From Bacteroidota bacterium (GTDB lineage: Bacteria; Bacteroidota; Bacteroidia; CAILMK01): a stretch of 64,000 nucleotides of DNA. Positions 9,277 through 20,300 of the stretch are shown here, one piece after another; positions within the stretch are counted from its first letter, which is position 1; each line of letters begins with the position of its first letter. Under the pieces are notes generated by a model. That model saw nothing but the letters and a program-made list of their open reading frames with translations, did no database searches and had not been told where the DNA came from. The DNA lies in the NCBI GenBank assembly GCA_013288555.1, contig JABDBQ010000009.1, forward strand, positions 1,391 to 65,390. Reading direction: 5' to 3'. The position numbers and the translations under genes are program-made.

Positions 9277-9682
9277 CGATCACGCGGGATATCCCTTAAA
9301 AGAAACACTTAAAGTCTGGCTTCGTGAGAATGGTTATGAAGTGAACGACCTGGGTTCTTACTCGGAGGAATCTGTTGATTATCCTGATTTTGCGCATAAA
9401 CTCGCCGCTGAAGTGGCTGGCCATGAAGGCCATGAACTCGGTTTGCTTATGTGCGGCTCTGGTAATGGTGTTTGCATCACTGCCAACAAGCATAAATCCA
9501 TCCGCGCAGCATTGGCCTGGAATCCGGAAATAGCATCCCTTGCCCGTCAACACAATAATGCGAATGTACTTTGCCTGCCTGCAAGGTTTATAACGGAACC
9601 ACAAGCCAAAGAAATTGTTAATGCTTTTCTATCAGCTCATTTTGAAGGGGGAAGACATGAGAGAAGGGTGGAGAAGATTTGA
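9257..9682 (+). CDS. rpiB: Ribose-5-phosphate isomerase B
   Basis: Contains MKIVLANDHAGYPLKE, CGSGNGVCITANK and NNANVLCLPARF motifs. It overlaps the tatC end. Confidence 0.9.
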   Translation: MKIVLANDHAGYPLKETLKVWLRENGYEVNDLGSYSEESVDYPDFAHKLAAEVAGHEGHELGLLMCGSGNGVCITANKHKSIRAALAWNPEIASLARQHNNANVLCLPARFITEPQAKEIVNAFLSAHFEGGRHERRVEKI

Positions 9683-9690
9683 ATTATTTG

Positions 9691-9789
9691 GAAATTAGGC
9701 AATTAGACAATGAGGCAATTTGGGAATGAGATAATCAGACAATGAGGCAATTTGGAAATGAGGCAATTAGGCAATTAGACAATTTGTGA
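9691..9789 (+). repeat. Word-repeat arm, family A (GGCAAT / GACAATGAG words), left arm of the four-helix-bundle cassette
   Basis: GAAATTAGGCAATTAGACAATGAGGCAATTTGGGAATGAG...; its reverse complement recurs at 10199-10275. Confidence 0.7.
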
Positions 9790-10142
9790 ATGGAAGATAA
9801 GGGAAACAACATTATTGTAAACCTGACTTTTGAGTTTGCTTCAGGCATAATGGATTATTGCGATTTGCTCGCTGAGAAAAGAAATGGGTTCTTGAAAATC
9901 AACTAATGAAATCGGGTACTTCGATTGGGGCAAACGTCAGAGAAGCACAAAATGCAGAGAGCAAAGCTGATTTTATCCATAAGTTTAAAATAGCAGCAAA
10001 AGAATGTGAAGAAACAATCTATTGGCTTGAGCTTTGCAAATTCAAAAATAACCTACCGGATTGTACACATCTTTTAGACCAGATTATGCATATTAAGAAT
10101 ATTCTTAACAAAATAATAATAACGTCTAAAGCAAAAATATGA
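9790..10142 (+). pseudogene. Four-helix-bundle protein gene (23S rRNA intervening-sequence protein family), frameshifted
   Basis: The N-terminal 38 codons (MEDKGNNIIVNLTFEFASGIMDYCDLLAEKRNGFLKIN*) are in one frame. The family core (VLENQLMKSGTSIGANVREAQNAESKADFIHKFKIAAKECEETIYWLEL) is in another frame. The switch occurs in the A-rich stretch around 9876-9890. Confidence 0.7.
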
Positions 10143-10275
10143 GGCAATTTGAAAATTAGGCAATTTGAAAATTTTGCATACTGATGATTGTGCGTCAGCC
10201 AATTGTCTCATTGTCTTATTGCCTCATTGTCTAATAACTTAATTGTCTCACTTCCAAATTGCCTCATTGCCTAAT
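10143..10275. repeat. Family A word repeats: a short direct copy (10143-10172), then the inverted right arm (10199-10275)
   Basis: CCAATTGTCTCATTGTCTTATTGCCTCATTGTCTAAT...CCAAATTGCCTCATTGCCTAAT is the reverse complement of left-arm-type words. Confidence 0.7.
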
Positions 10276-10286
10276 AATTAAAAACT

Positions 10287-11288
10287 ATGGAATCAAACTT
10301 TATAGATTACGTAAAAATAAATTGTCGCTCCGGGAAAGGAGGTGCAGGGTCGCACCATTTTTTCAGGGATAAAATGAATTCACGTGGTGGTCCTGACGGC
10401 GGTGACGGCGGTAGGGGAGGTCATATCATTTTAAGAGGCAACAAGCAACTCTGGACCTTACTTCATCTGAAATACCGCAAGCATGTCATTGCGACCGGGG
10501 GTGTAAATGGTGGTTCAAGCAATAAAACCGGGGCAGAAGGAGAAGATATTATCCTGGATGTGCCACTCGGTACTATTGCCAAAGATTTTGAAACCGGCGA
10601 AATTGAGTTTGAAATCAATGAAGACGGAGAAGAAAGAATTTTACTTGCTGGTGGCAGGGGAGGACAGGGAAATACGCATTTTAAAAATTCTACCCACCAA
10701 ACCCCCATGTATTCCCAGCCTGGGGAAGAGGGTGAAGAAAGATGGAAGGTACTGGAACTAAAGCTTCTTGCTGATGTGGGTTTGGTTGGTTTCCCCAATG
10801 CAGGGAAATCCACTTTATTATCTGTAATATCAGCCGCGAGGCCAAAAATAGCCGATTATGCATTTACTACTATTGTTCCTAATCTTGGCGTTGTGCCTTA
10901 CAGGGATTTTAAGTCATTCGTAATGGCCGATATCCCCGGGATCATTGAAGGTGCGCATGAAGGCAAAGGCCTGGGTACGAGGTTTTTGCGGCATATTGAA
11001 AGGAATTCTATTCTTCTGTTTATGGTACCGGCTGACAGCAAAGATATCAGGGAAGAATACAATATCCTGCTCAACGAACTGGAACAGTTCAACCCGGAAT
11101 TACTTGTAAAAGACAGGCTTCTGGCTATTTCAAAATCGGATATGCTTGATGAAGAGCTGAAAGAGCATATCGTCCCAACACTCCCTAAGATTCCTTATGT
11201 ATTTATTTCTTCTATTGCCGGTACAGGGCTTGATCAATTAAAAGACATGATCTGGAAGCGGCTGATGATTACAAACAACCTGGAATAG
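10287..11288 (+). CDS. obg: GTPase Obg/CgtA
   Basis: Has the glycine-rich Obg fold ([16 protein letters not shown]) and the G1 motif GFPNAGKST. Confidence 0.95.
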   Translation: MESNFIDYVKINCRSGKGGAGSHHFFRDKMNSRGGPDGGDGGRGGHIILRGNKQLWTLLHLKYRKHVIATGGVNGGSSNKTGAEGEDIILDVPLGTIAKDFETGEIEFEINEDGEERILLAGGRGGQGNTHFKNSTHQTPMYSQPGEEGEERWKVLELKLLADVGLVGFPNAGKSTLLSVISAARPKIADYAFTTIVPNLGVVPYRDFKSFVMADIPGIIEGAHEGKGLGTRFLRHIERNSILLFMVPADSKDIREEYNILLNELEQFNPELLVKDRLLAISKSDMLDEELKEHIVPTLPKIPYVFISSIAGTGLDQLKDMIWKRLMITNNLE

Positions 11289-11326
11289 ATTAATCAGAGT
11301 CCTTAAATTTATAATCGATCAAAAAA

Positions 11327-11361
11327 ATATCCCATGCTTCTATATCAGAAACATGGGATAT
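11327..11361. terminator. Hairpin between the convergent obg and 11387-12820 genes
   Basis: ATATCCCATG (11327-11336) pairs with CATGGGATAT (11352-11361), with an A-run upstream. Confidence 0.55.
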
Positions 11362-11386
11362 ACCCCAATAGTTATATTTTATTCTT

Positions 11387-12820
11387 CTAGAAAGCAGAAG
11401 CAATTACATTCAGTTTGGTAGTACCCACGGGTTTGCCGTTTTCGTCAATGGCATTCATTAAGTACAATCCGCTTCTAAGGTTTCCTTTGATCTGAACAGG
11501 AATATTCAGGTTGCCTCTTGAAGTAACAGGTATAGATTCAACGATCTGTCCCGTCATGTTCATTATATTCAGGATCCATGTGGCGTCGGAATTTTTTACA
11601 ATAGTAAAGTTCAGTGTGCTTCTGTTTGCAAAAGGATTTGGGTAAACATTGAGCTGAGCAATATTATTGATAGCTGAATTTATACCCGATGCTGATTCGT
11701 TTGAATTTGATGTCCCGTTGAGGAAAGGATCAACCAATTGGACGCTTCCTTCACCATCATTATTGCCCTCAATATCTGTGTTGTACACAATACCTGCAAG
11801 GGTTGAAAATGTATTGTCAGTTCCGAAATCAAAAGTAATAGCAGGTCTGAAATTATCAGTGGTATAAAAAATTTCACTATTGTCATTTGCAGTTACCATT
11901 CCTTGAGATACACCATTTGAAGAGAATAAAGCGTATGGGTCAATAGCCGAACCAAAAGCTTCTTCAAGCCCTGTTATAAAATCAGGGCCGTACAGACTTG
12001 CATATTCATCCACCATACGTTGGGAAGTTGGATAACCAAGTGACCAGCCCTGAATACCAAAATAGCTTTGCAGGATTAAATCGTTGGACACCACACCCAC
12101 AAAAAGGCTGTCGTAGGTATATACACCATGTTTGACCATGAGTGCATCAAAGTCATTTTTATCGTTCTTTTTGGCTGCCGGTATTTTTACATCTCCATAT
12201 CCTACAACTTTATCTGAAACTGAAGTATAAGTTACTTCTCTACATTTTATATCAGACCATCCCAGTTCCTGAAGGGTGAGTGTCCAGTTTAAGGTTTGAG
12301 AATATTTTGAACTCCAGCTGCTGTTATTTGTTGCAGGGAATTTAATAACATCAACCCTTGCAGATGGCACATCATTCTGCTTGGGGATAAAAATGGCATC
12401 ACCCGCCGGAGCAGGAGCCGGTTCTGGTTTGTTGATATCTTCCATCGCGTTGCCAGCCAGAAAGAGCCCTTTGCAATCTTCATCATAAACTATAGAGCCT
12501 GGATAGTTGTCTGCAGGGTCGGTGTCAAAAAGAAAAAAAACGCCAGTATCAACAACAGCTGTTTTAGAAAAGTCTTTGCTTTTGTTTTTGACATAGCCGT
12601 AAGTAATTGCTGAACCACCACTGAGTCCTGAATAATCCCAGGTTTTGCTTGTGCCGGTTGCCGGCAGCTTTACCTTCTTAAAGTCAGCAGAATGTTCATG
12701 GATGGTTCCTGCTTTAAGATTTACATTATCACTGGTTAGAGTGATGGCTTTTTCATTGCATTGGCCGTTTGAAAAGATGGCAGCAAACAGCATAGCTGCA
12801 GATAGTAATAATTTTTTCAT
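11387..12820 (-). CDS. Secreted protein with a type-A T9SS C-terminal sorting domain
   Basis: Has a signal peptide and a C-terminal LNVYPNPFANRSTLNF...GLYLMNAIDENGK pattern. Confidence 0.75.
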   Translation of the reverse strand: MKKLLLSAAMLFAAIFSNGQCNEKAITLTSDNVNLKAGTIHEHSADFKKVKLPATGTSKTWDYSGLSGGSAITYGYVKNKSKDFSKTAVVDTGVFFLFDTDPADNYPGSIVYDEDCKGLFLAGNAMEDINKPEPAPAPAGDAIFIPKQNDVPSARVDVIKFPATNNSSWSSKYSQTLNWTLTLQELGWSDIKCREVTYTSVSDKVVGYGDVKIPAAKKNDKNDFDALMVKHGVYTYDSLFVGVVSNDLILQSYFGIQGWSLGYPTSQRMVDEYASLYGPDFITGLEEAFGSAIDPYALFSSNGVSQGMVTANDNSEIFYTTDNFRPAITFDFGTDNTFSTLAGIVYNTDIEGNNDGEGSVQLVDPFLNGTSNSNESASGINSAINNIAQLNVYPNPFANRSTLNFTIVKNSDATWILNIMNMTGQIVESIPVTSRGNLNIPVQIKGNLRSGLYLMNAIDENGKPVGTTKLNVIASAF

Positions 12821-13635
12821 TTGATTTTAGATGTATTAGGTAACCTCTTTGGCAAAGTACGTAAGTTTAATTGAATCTAACAAATTTTTAATTTTATTTT
12901 GAAAATTGTTAAAATATCTAACAAATCTTACGTACAATAAGATGATTTTATGATTATGAGCTCGTGATCAAGACGCAAAGTGATATTATTGTAAAATGTT
13001 ATTATACAAATATTTATATAAATATACATAAATCTTTAGCTAAAATACAATGATAAAAATATGATAAAAATCATACAATTGAAGATAATTGTAAATATTT
13101 GTAAAGTTTTTCTTTGCAAATACTTCCCTTATTACTCGTTCCTGTAAGTAAAACCCAAAATTTCCCCGACAAATATATTCATTTTGCAATCCGTGAAACT
13201 CTGATTCAAAATTTAATATTTTGTCAGATGATTGCAAAAGTTTGGATTCTGAAATGCTCTACATTTTTTTCATACGCTTCAGATAGCTTTTTCGCAATGA
13301 TGTTTAGCTAAATTAATTCGGGGAAATTTCAGGTTGAAGAGGTTCAATGATGAGATCGTTCCGGACATAAATCTGACGTTGTTAATTTTGCATTATCTTT
13401 AAAAAAATCAGGTTGAAATCTTATGCCTTTTATGAGATTTGCGATTTCTTATGAAAAGATTTCCAGTAATTTATGATCCAAATCATGATCCTGAAATTAA
13501 TATGCCATTGAAGGAACAACATAACTGATTTTTATGTAAATTCGCGGATCAGGTATTCATCTACAGAAAGATATTCTGTACTTGAAAAGAGGTGAAGGCT
13601 GCAAACGGGTTATAATCTATTTTTTGTCTATTCCG

Positions 13636-13665
13636 AGGGGGCATGTTACTTGCCCCTTCTTTTTG
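13636..13665 (+). terminator. Orphan rho-independent-type terminator
   Basis: GGGGCA (13638-13643) pairs with TGCCCC (13651-13656), followed by TTCTTTTTG. No annotated gene lies upstream on this strand. Confidence 0.4.
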
Positions 13666-13795
13666 TTTACAACCTCACCACTTTACGGCACCAGATGGCT
13701 TTGGCGCCTTTTCAAAACATTAGACGAAAGTGGATGGCAAAAGGTGAGGTAAAAATTTCACTTTTTTTTAAATTTCTCAAAAACGCCTCGAAAAT

Positions 13796-13825
13796 AAAAA
13801 GGGCAATCTTTCGAATGCCCTTTTT
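13796..13825. terminator. Bidirectional hairpin just downstream of the TonB-dependent receptor gene
   Basis: AAAAAGGGCA ... TGCCCTTTTT. Confidence 0.55.
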
Positions 13826-13851
13826 ATCAATGCTTTGAGATGTTTTAAGAT

Positions 13852-16353
13852 TTATCCGATAGGGATAATTAATTTGAAACTGAAATTGCGCCCCATGTTG
13901 TAAACCCCTACTCTTGGAGGATTAACAGCGTAGTCTGCCGGATAATATTTAAAGCGGCTCATATAATCCATATAGGCTACATTGGCGAGGTTATCGCACG
14001 AAATATAGAGTGAACATATCTTATGCCCATCTTTGGCCATTATATCGCTGCCAATTCCCGAATTCAATAAAGTATATGCTGCGGTAGGAGCGCGACTTGC
14101 TGCATATTCAGCAGGACTTTGCACAGTGTTGAGTCCCGTGTATATTGAAGATTGAAGATAAATATCATTTTGTTTGAAACTATACAATCCTCCAAAACGG
14201 AAATAAGCATTGTGCAATGATTTAGTAAGTTTTTTAGCTGTAAAGGTTATGGCTGCCTGTAACCTGGCAGGTGGCACAAATGGAAGATACTGGATGGAAT
14301 CAGGTACTCCTTTTAGTTTCGCGTTTACAATGCTATAGGCTGCATAAAAATCAAACCAGCTTACCGCGGCAGGGTGAAAATCCAGCATAGCTTCTCCTCC
14401 GTTAAGTACTGCGTTGGTTTGGCTATAGTTAAATACAGGTGCCGGGCCAAAGCCTGCCGTACTACTATCATAAACCAGGTGTCCATTGGCATCGAGTTTG
14501 GCTTTCGCAAATATGAAGTTATTAATGGTATTGCTGAAGAAATCCAACTCAAATGTAAAATTTTTGGTCCTTATCCCGGGGGCAATATCAAATTCAAGAC
14601 TTTGTTCCGGTTGTAAATCCCTGTTTCCTATTTCATAAACAACTGTGCCGTCATGAATTCCATTAGATCCTGTTTCCGCTACATTAGGCGCCCTGAAACC
14701 CCTGGCAATGTTCACTTTCGTGTATAATGCATCTGTGAAATTGTAAGTCCCGCCTACACTCCCGGACACACCATTAAAATTAGATGTGTATCCTTTAAAT
14801 CGATGCAATGCTCCTGGTGTATTGGCTGCAACGGGTGCCTCCGATGAATCAATCCATGAATCGTGTCCTGTAAACTGCCTTGTGTCATACCTGATGCCGG
14901 CACTAAGGGTTAGTTTGCCTATTTTTTTGTTGGCTATTGCAAAAGCTCCTGCACTTAAAGATGTATATTCAGGTATTAATAAAAGGGTTCCAAGATTTTT
15001 AGAATCCTGGTACAATCCATTGATCCCTATAGCATAGTTGAAATTGTTTTTATTCGGGGATTCATATCTAAGATCGTAAGTATAGGTGTTCAGGTAATAA
15101 TAAATATCTGAGATGTCGGGAATTGTCGGATCATTATTCTCCTGACGCTGGTTTTTCTGCCATGAAAATCTTGCGATAAAATCTCCTTCCCCTGCTTTGA
15201 TATCATTATCCCACACCAGTTTGGTGTGCTGTACCAGCTGGTTGATGACAAATGGTGTATATGATTTCCTTTCCTGGTTTGTGGGATCAACATATATGGC
15301 ACTGTCCATGGTACCGTCATGGGATATCAGGGCGATATTTCGCTGCATTTCTCCATTAGGTCCGCGGGTTCCATCCACAATACCTGTCTGGAGGTTAAAA
15401 TAGCAGTAATGCAATTGTGAATAGCCCCAGCTACGGTGTATACCTATAGTTGCATCGTATGCAATGTTCCTGAACTGGGAATTGATTACGTAACCATCAT
15501 TTGGGTCCTGGTATGAATGCGCCATGATATTGGTGAGGCGACCACTCCAGTTTATCCCGTTTTGGGTACCTCCAATATTAAGGGAAGTATTTATCAACCC
15601 GTTATTGGTTTGATAATTCATCAACATATCGCCTTTTACCTCCCCTTCAGGCAACGGTTTTTCAGGTAATAAATCTATAACGCCTGCCAATGCGTCTGAG
15701 CCGTAGATCAGAGAAGCCGGCCCTTTGAGAATTTCTACCCTGTCAACGGAATTCTGGTCTACTTCAATGCCGAATTCGTCTCCCCACTGCTGTCCTTCCT
15801 GGGGTACACCATCATTGAGGGTTACAAGTCTGTTATACCCAAGGCCCCTGATTACAGGTTTTGAAATGCTTTGTCCGTCTGTGATTGCAGAAACACCGGG
15901 CACTTTTGAGATGGCATCGATAACATTTGTTGAAGCGTTTTGCGTGAGATAGCTGTTTGGTATTTCGGTTACAGGCTGGGAAGATGTCTCAACATCTGAA
16001 CCCATCGCATTACCGTTAATGACCACTTCCTCACCTTCAATGGATGCCGATGTGAGTTCGAAATTCATTTCAACATCTCCTTTGATAGTAATACTTTGTG
16101 TGTAAGTACCGTAACCAATGAAACGAACCTCAACAATATAAGTGCCCGAAGGAATGTTATCAATTGAAAAAGAACCGTCGTTTTTGGAATTTGCTCCCGA
16201 TTTTAGATCAGACAAATAAACACTTGCCCCGGCAATGGCTTCATTGTCTGCAGCGTCTGATACTTTACCGTGCAAACGGCTTTGTGCCTGGCAGGAAATT
16301 TTGAATGCCGCAAACAGCAAAATAAAAACATATATTTTATAATAAGACTTCAT
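13852..16353 (-). CDS. TonB-dependent receptor with a CarboxypepD_reg-like N-domain
   Basis: Has a signal peptide, GKVSDAADNEAIAGASVYL...GTYIVEVRFIGY, a plug region (VEILKGPASLIYGSDALAGVI), and a C-terminal beta-barrel with an aromatic-rich end. Confidence 0.9.
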   Translation of the reverse strand: MKSYYKIYVFILLFAAFKISCQAQSRLHGKVSDAADNEAIAGASVYLSDLKSGANSKNDGSFSIDNIPSGTYIVEVRFIGYGTYTQSITIKGDVEMNFELTSASIEGEEVVINGNAMGSDVETSSQPVTEIPNSYLTQNASTNVIDAISKVPGVSAITDGQSISKPVIRGLGYNRLVTLNDGVPQEGQQWGDEFGIEVDQNSVDRVEILKGPASLIYGSDALAGVIDLLPEKPLPEGEVKGDMLMNYQTNNGLINTSLNIGGTQNGINWSGRLTNIMAHSYQDPNDGYVINSQFRNIAYDATIGIHRSWGYSQLHYCYFNLQTGIVDGTRGPNGEMQRNIALISHDGTMDSAIYVDPTNQERKSYTPFVINQLVQHTKLVWDNDIKAGEGDFIARFSWQKNQRQENNDPTIPDISDIYYYLNTYTYDLRYESPNKNNFNYAIGINGLYQDSKNLGTLLLIPEYTSLSAGAFAIANKKIGKLTLSAGIRYDTRQFTGHDSWIDSSEAPVAANTPGALHRFKGYTSNFNGVSGSVGGTYNFTDALYTKVNIARGFRAPNVAETGSNGIHDGTVVYEIGNRDLQPEQSLEFDIAPGIRTKNFTFELDFFSNTINNFIFAKAKLDANGHLVYDSSTAGFGPAPVFNYSQTNAVLNGGEAMLDFHPAAVSWFDFYAAYSIVNAKLKGVPDSIQYLPFVPPARLQAAITFTAKKLTKSLHNAYFRFGGLYSFKQNDIYLQSSIYTGLNTVQSPAEYAASRAPTAAYTLLNSGIGSDIMAKDGHKICSLYISCDNLANVAYMDYMSRFKYYPADYAVNPPRVGVYNMGRNFSFKLIIPIG

Positions 16354-16440
16354 AATGATTTGAAAATTTTGAGATTAATGAATAGCGCCTGGTTTCTGCA
16401 TATATTGATATGCCCGAGACCAGATAAATAAAAAATAGAG

Positions 16441-16971
16441 TTATGCTGCTATATAATCCGGCGGAGGCACATAGAATTCTATAAATCCATCTTTGGCGGA
16501 TAAGACCGGAAGTTGGTCATAAATGAATGAAATATGACTCCCTGTATTCAAATTCAGTGGAATATTGGCAAGGTATTCTTTAAAAAAGTCTTCGAGAAGC
16601 TGGACTGATCTATGATCGTTTAATGGTGCCTGGCGGCTGATACCATTATTGTACTCATCATTCAAATGAGCCACGAGCCGTTCTTCATTGGCATCGTTAA
16701 TAGCATGAATGATCGTTGTATTTCCCTTATGTTCTATTTTAATAATATCATATCTGTGGCCTTGTCTACTTACCTCATTTCCCTCAATGACAATTTCATT
16801 CTGGTTATTTTCTATTGAAAAAACAATTTCGCTGTTTTTAAATGATCCATTCAGAATAGCCTCTTTCATAAACTCCCTGTTTTCAGAAAGGCGTATCATG
16901 TATATAACAAACTGTCCTCCGAGGAGGAACATAAATATCAACAATATGCCCAAACTGACCAACTTCTTCAT
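16441..16971 (-). CDS. Hypothetical single-pass membrane protein
   Basis: I prefer the ATG at 16971 (MKKLVSLGILLIFMFLLGGQ...) over the longer track ORF. No family recognised. Confidence 0.5.
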   Translation of the reverse strand: MKKLVSLGILLIFMFLLGGQFVIYMIRLSENREFMKEAILNGSFKNSEIVFSIENNQNEIVIEGNEVSRQGHRYDIIKIEHKGNTTIIHAINDANEERLVAHLNDEYNNGISRQAPLNDHRSVQLLEDFFKEYLANIPLNLNTGSHISFIYDQLPVLSAKDGFIEFYVPPPDYIAA

Positions 16972-17378
16972 TATTGAGAACAAAAATAAGGTTGTTTTCC
17001 CAAAATCAACCTTATTATGGATATTTGTCTTCCTTATTCCAGATATTCTCAAAAAAGATAATCAGAATCATTTTCAGGAATCTAAAATTGGATGCTTAAG
17101 GTATTGTCAAAGACAATTTACAGATATAAAAGAGGTTGCACTTTATGAGAGGAATTGCAAAAATCATTGAATAAAATAAATCACCTTAAGCGCGTAAGAA
17201 ATTTTGAATTTTTATTGAATATTCCCATCTGTTTTTGTTATTTTTGAAGCAAAGGAAGGGTTGGGAGCAGATTTTGATTATTGGTGTTTTTTAATTGATT
17301 TGTCTAAAATCAGATGAAAGTATATTCGCTCCAACCAAAAATGGTCTTCATTATGGCAGACCATTTAAAAATGTTTGC

Positions 17379-20300
17379 ATGACCCTGGTCCCATCTAACA
17401 AGTTCAGTAAATTTAACTTTTCAAAATTGAAAGGGAAAATTTGTAAATCCGGGATTTGTTTTTTCATTCTCATATTTTTTCTTTTTCAAGGCTTTAGTGC
17501 CTACGGTCAGAAAGTCGGGACTTTCCAAAAGAGTTTTGGCGGGAGTTCTAATGAATTTGGGTCTACTGTTGTAATGCTTCCGGATAAGGGATTTATTATG
17601 GGAGGAATCACAAATAGTTTTGGATCAGGCAATAATGATATTTTACTTGTCCGCATGGATAGTTTGGGGAAAAAAATATGGTCAAAAACTTATGGTGGGG
17701 CCGGATATGAAGGAACTGTCTCATGGTTGTCCAACTCAGGAGTTGATGCTATTTTGACTCCAGACTCAGAAGTTGTCATATCTTCAACTACAGATAGTTA
17801 TGGCGCAGGTGGTTATGATGTGTATTTTTTTAAAATTGATCTGAACGGGAATGTTGTCTGGTCAAAAACATATGGTGGCACTTCAAATGATTATGGATAC
17901 AGCGTAATGAATGACCCAAAAGGAGGATATCTTATATCTGGCGAAACTTTTAGTTATGGTGCAGGGAGCGGCGACGTTTTATTGATCAAAACCGATAAGA
18001 ATGGAGGGTTGGTCTGGGCAAAAACATACGGAAATTCATCTAATGATGAAGCCGGTTTTCAGATAAGAACATCAATAGACGGGAATTATTTAATCAGCGG
18101 TTTTTCATATAGTAGTTCTTCTCAATATGACCAGCTGTTAATGAAAGTTGATACTGCTGGAAAACTTCTTTTTAGCAAGGTATTTGGCACATCGAACTAT
18201 GATGCGGCTTTGTCAGCCGTCGATATCCCTTCTGATTCAAGTATTTATGTGGCAGGATTTACTTATAATATTTTTAACTCTGCAAACACCGTAGCAACAT
18301 TTACAAAATTTGACAAAACCGGGAAATACCTTTGGACAAATATTTATGACAAAAACAGTCATACCTCGTTTGGATATTTAATTTATGATAATGTAAATAA
18401 GGTTTTCAATTGCAATATCACAGAAAGTGATGTACATAGAATTGGAATTGCAAGGCTTACAACTGCGGGTAAATTAATTTTTATAAAAAACTATGGGCCA
18501 CTTACTGGGTCTGATAGCTATACTGACGGACTTGGTCACGATTTTATTGCCTTACCTACAGGAGGGTTTGCAAAGGCTTATACTACAGATGTTTTCGGCT
18601 ATGGCGGCTGGGATTATTTTTTCATTAAAGTTGATAAAAACGGGTCAAATCCGGATTCATGCAATATTTATCCTGTAAGTTTATCTTCATTTGATTTTAC
18701 CTCTTATATAAAAGATTATTCTTCAACTTTTAGTACCGGATCCCCAAGTCCTAAAGTCGGAACTGGAATGAAAGTGACATCCCCCAATGCAAAAGACACC
18801 CTGGTTTGCGGACCTTTTGTGGCCAATTTCAAATGGCAGAAGACATGCACAGGGTCACCTGTTTCATTTTCAGATTCAACCTATTATAAACCAACAAGCT
18901 GGAAATGGAACTTTGGAGATCCGACTTCGTCATCTAATACTTCTAAAATACAGAATCCGTCACACACTTATACAAAGGCCGGAACTTATACCGTAAAACT
19001 TGTTTCAGGCAATGGGACAGAGACAGATTCGATTACAAAAATTGTTACCATTAATCCTTTGCCGACTCATTCGGGAACAATAACAAAGACTTTTTGTCTG
19101 GGTGACAGTCTGCAACTAAGTGTGGCGGGGACGGGTGGTAAAACTTTTAGCTGGAGCCCTTCATCCCAGGTGGATAAACCTACGGACTCTGTAGTATGGA
19201 TCACACCATATAAGAATGAGACATTATATGCGAATATCACAAATATTTATGGTTGCTCTATTGCAGATACTTTTGTAATCCAAGTTGATTCTTCAAAATG
19301 TCCGGTTTCTTATATTTCTGGTGTTGTAAATAATTATACAAGTGTAACTGCTTTGAAATCACGTTGCCTGCCTGTTCTTACGGTAACTTCAAACAAAGGA
19401 TTTTCAGTAAATGATTATGTATTAATCGTTCAGATGAAAGGTGCAACAGTCGATTCTTCAAATTCATCTAAGTTTGGTTCAATAAAAAGCTATAACAACG
19501 CTGGTAATTATGATTTTGACAGCATTAAATCGATTTCCGGAAATACCATACAACTTAAAAATGCACTCAGCCGCAATTATGATGTCAGTGGTATTGTACA
19601 ATTGGTCAGGGTTCCTATATATCAGAATGCCGTTGTTACGGATACACTTACAGCATCGACATGGAATGGATCCACTGGTGGAGTACTTGCATTAAATGTA
19701 AACGGGACTTTGATACTCGAAAAAGATATCAACGCCAGCAGACTTGGTTTCAGGGGAGGAAGTTATAATACTTCAACCTCGGTAAGTTATGGAGATACCA
19801 ATTATTATGAAACCAAAACAAGCGGATATGGAGGAACGAAAGGAGAGGGGTTAAGTACGCTGGATCGGAATAAAAATTACCAGGCCGCTCGTGGCCCTAT
19901 GGCAAATGGAGGCGGCGGTGGAAATACAGAACAATGTGGCGGCGGTGGTGGCGGCAATTCCGGTTCAGGAGGTGTCGGTGGTGAAGAAGTATCTTATTCA
20001 ACATCTAATATTGCTGATGGCGGTATTGGCGGTATCCCGATCACCTATTCAAATTCTCAAAACAAAATATTCCCTGGCGGTGGTGGTGGTGGTGGGCAGA
20101 ATTATTTCAACAAAAGTTCAAATGGAGGAAATGGAGGAGGTATTGTTATTATCCAGGCAAATACACTTGTCGGGAATAATTATAACATTAAGGCAAATGG
20201 TGATTCTGCAAAAATTGCATACCACGATGGTGCGGGCGGTGGTGGTGCAGGCGGTACAATTATACTGGATATAATTTCCGGGTTTAATAAAACGCTGAAC

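Noticed and set aside
13040-13838. Track ORFs 13040-13237, 13114-13311 and 13650-13838 as genes
   Set aside because: They lie in very AT-rich DNA, overlap each other on opposite strands, and give low-complexity translations with no motifs.
16354-16440. A riboswitch upstream of the TonB-dependent receptor, and likewise a Moco riboswitch upstream of FDH at 3761-3855
   Set aside because: Both leaders are only ~90 nt. I could not find cobalamin, TPP or Moco core motifs, so I make no call without a covariance-model scan.
17295-17378. The TTG start at 17295 for the giant gene
   Set aside because: The first 28 codons have no signal-peptide character. The ATG at 17379 is followed by a basic stretch and the hydrophobic ICFFILIFFLFQGFSAYG segment. 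The start remains uncertain.
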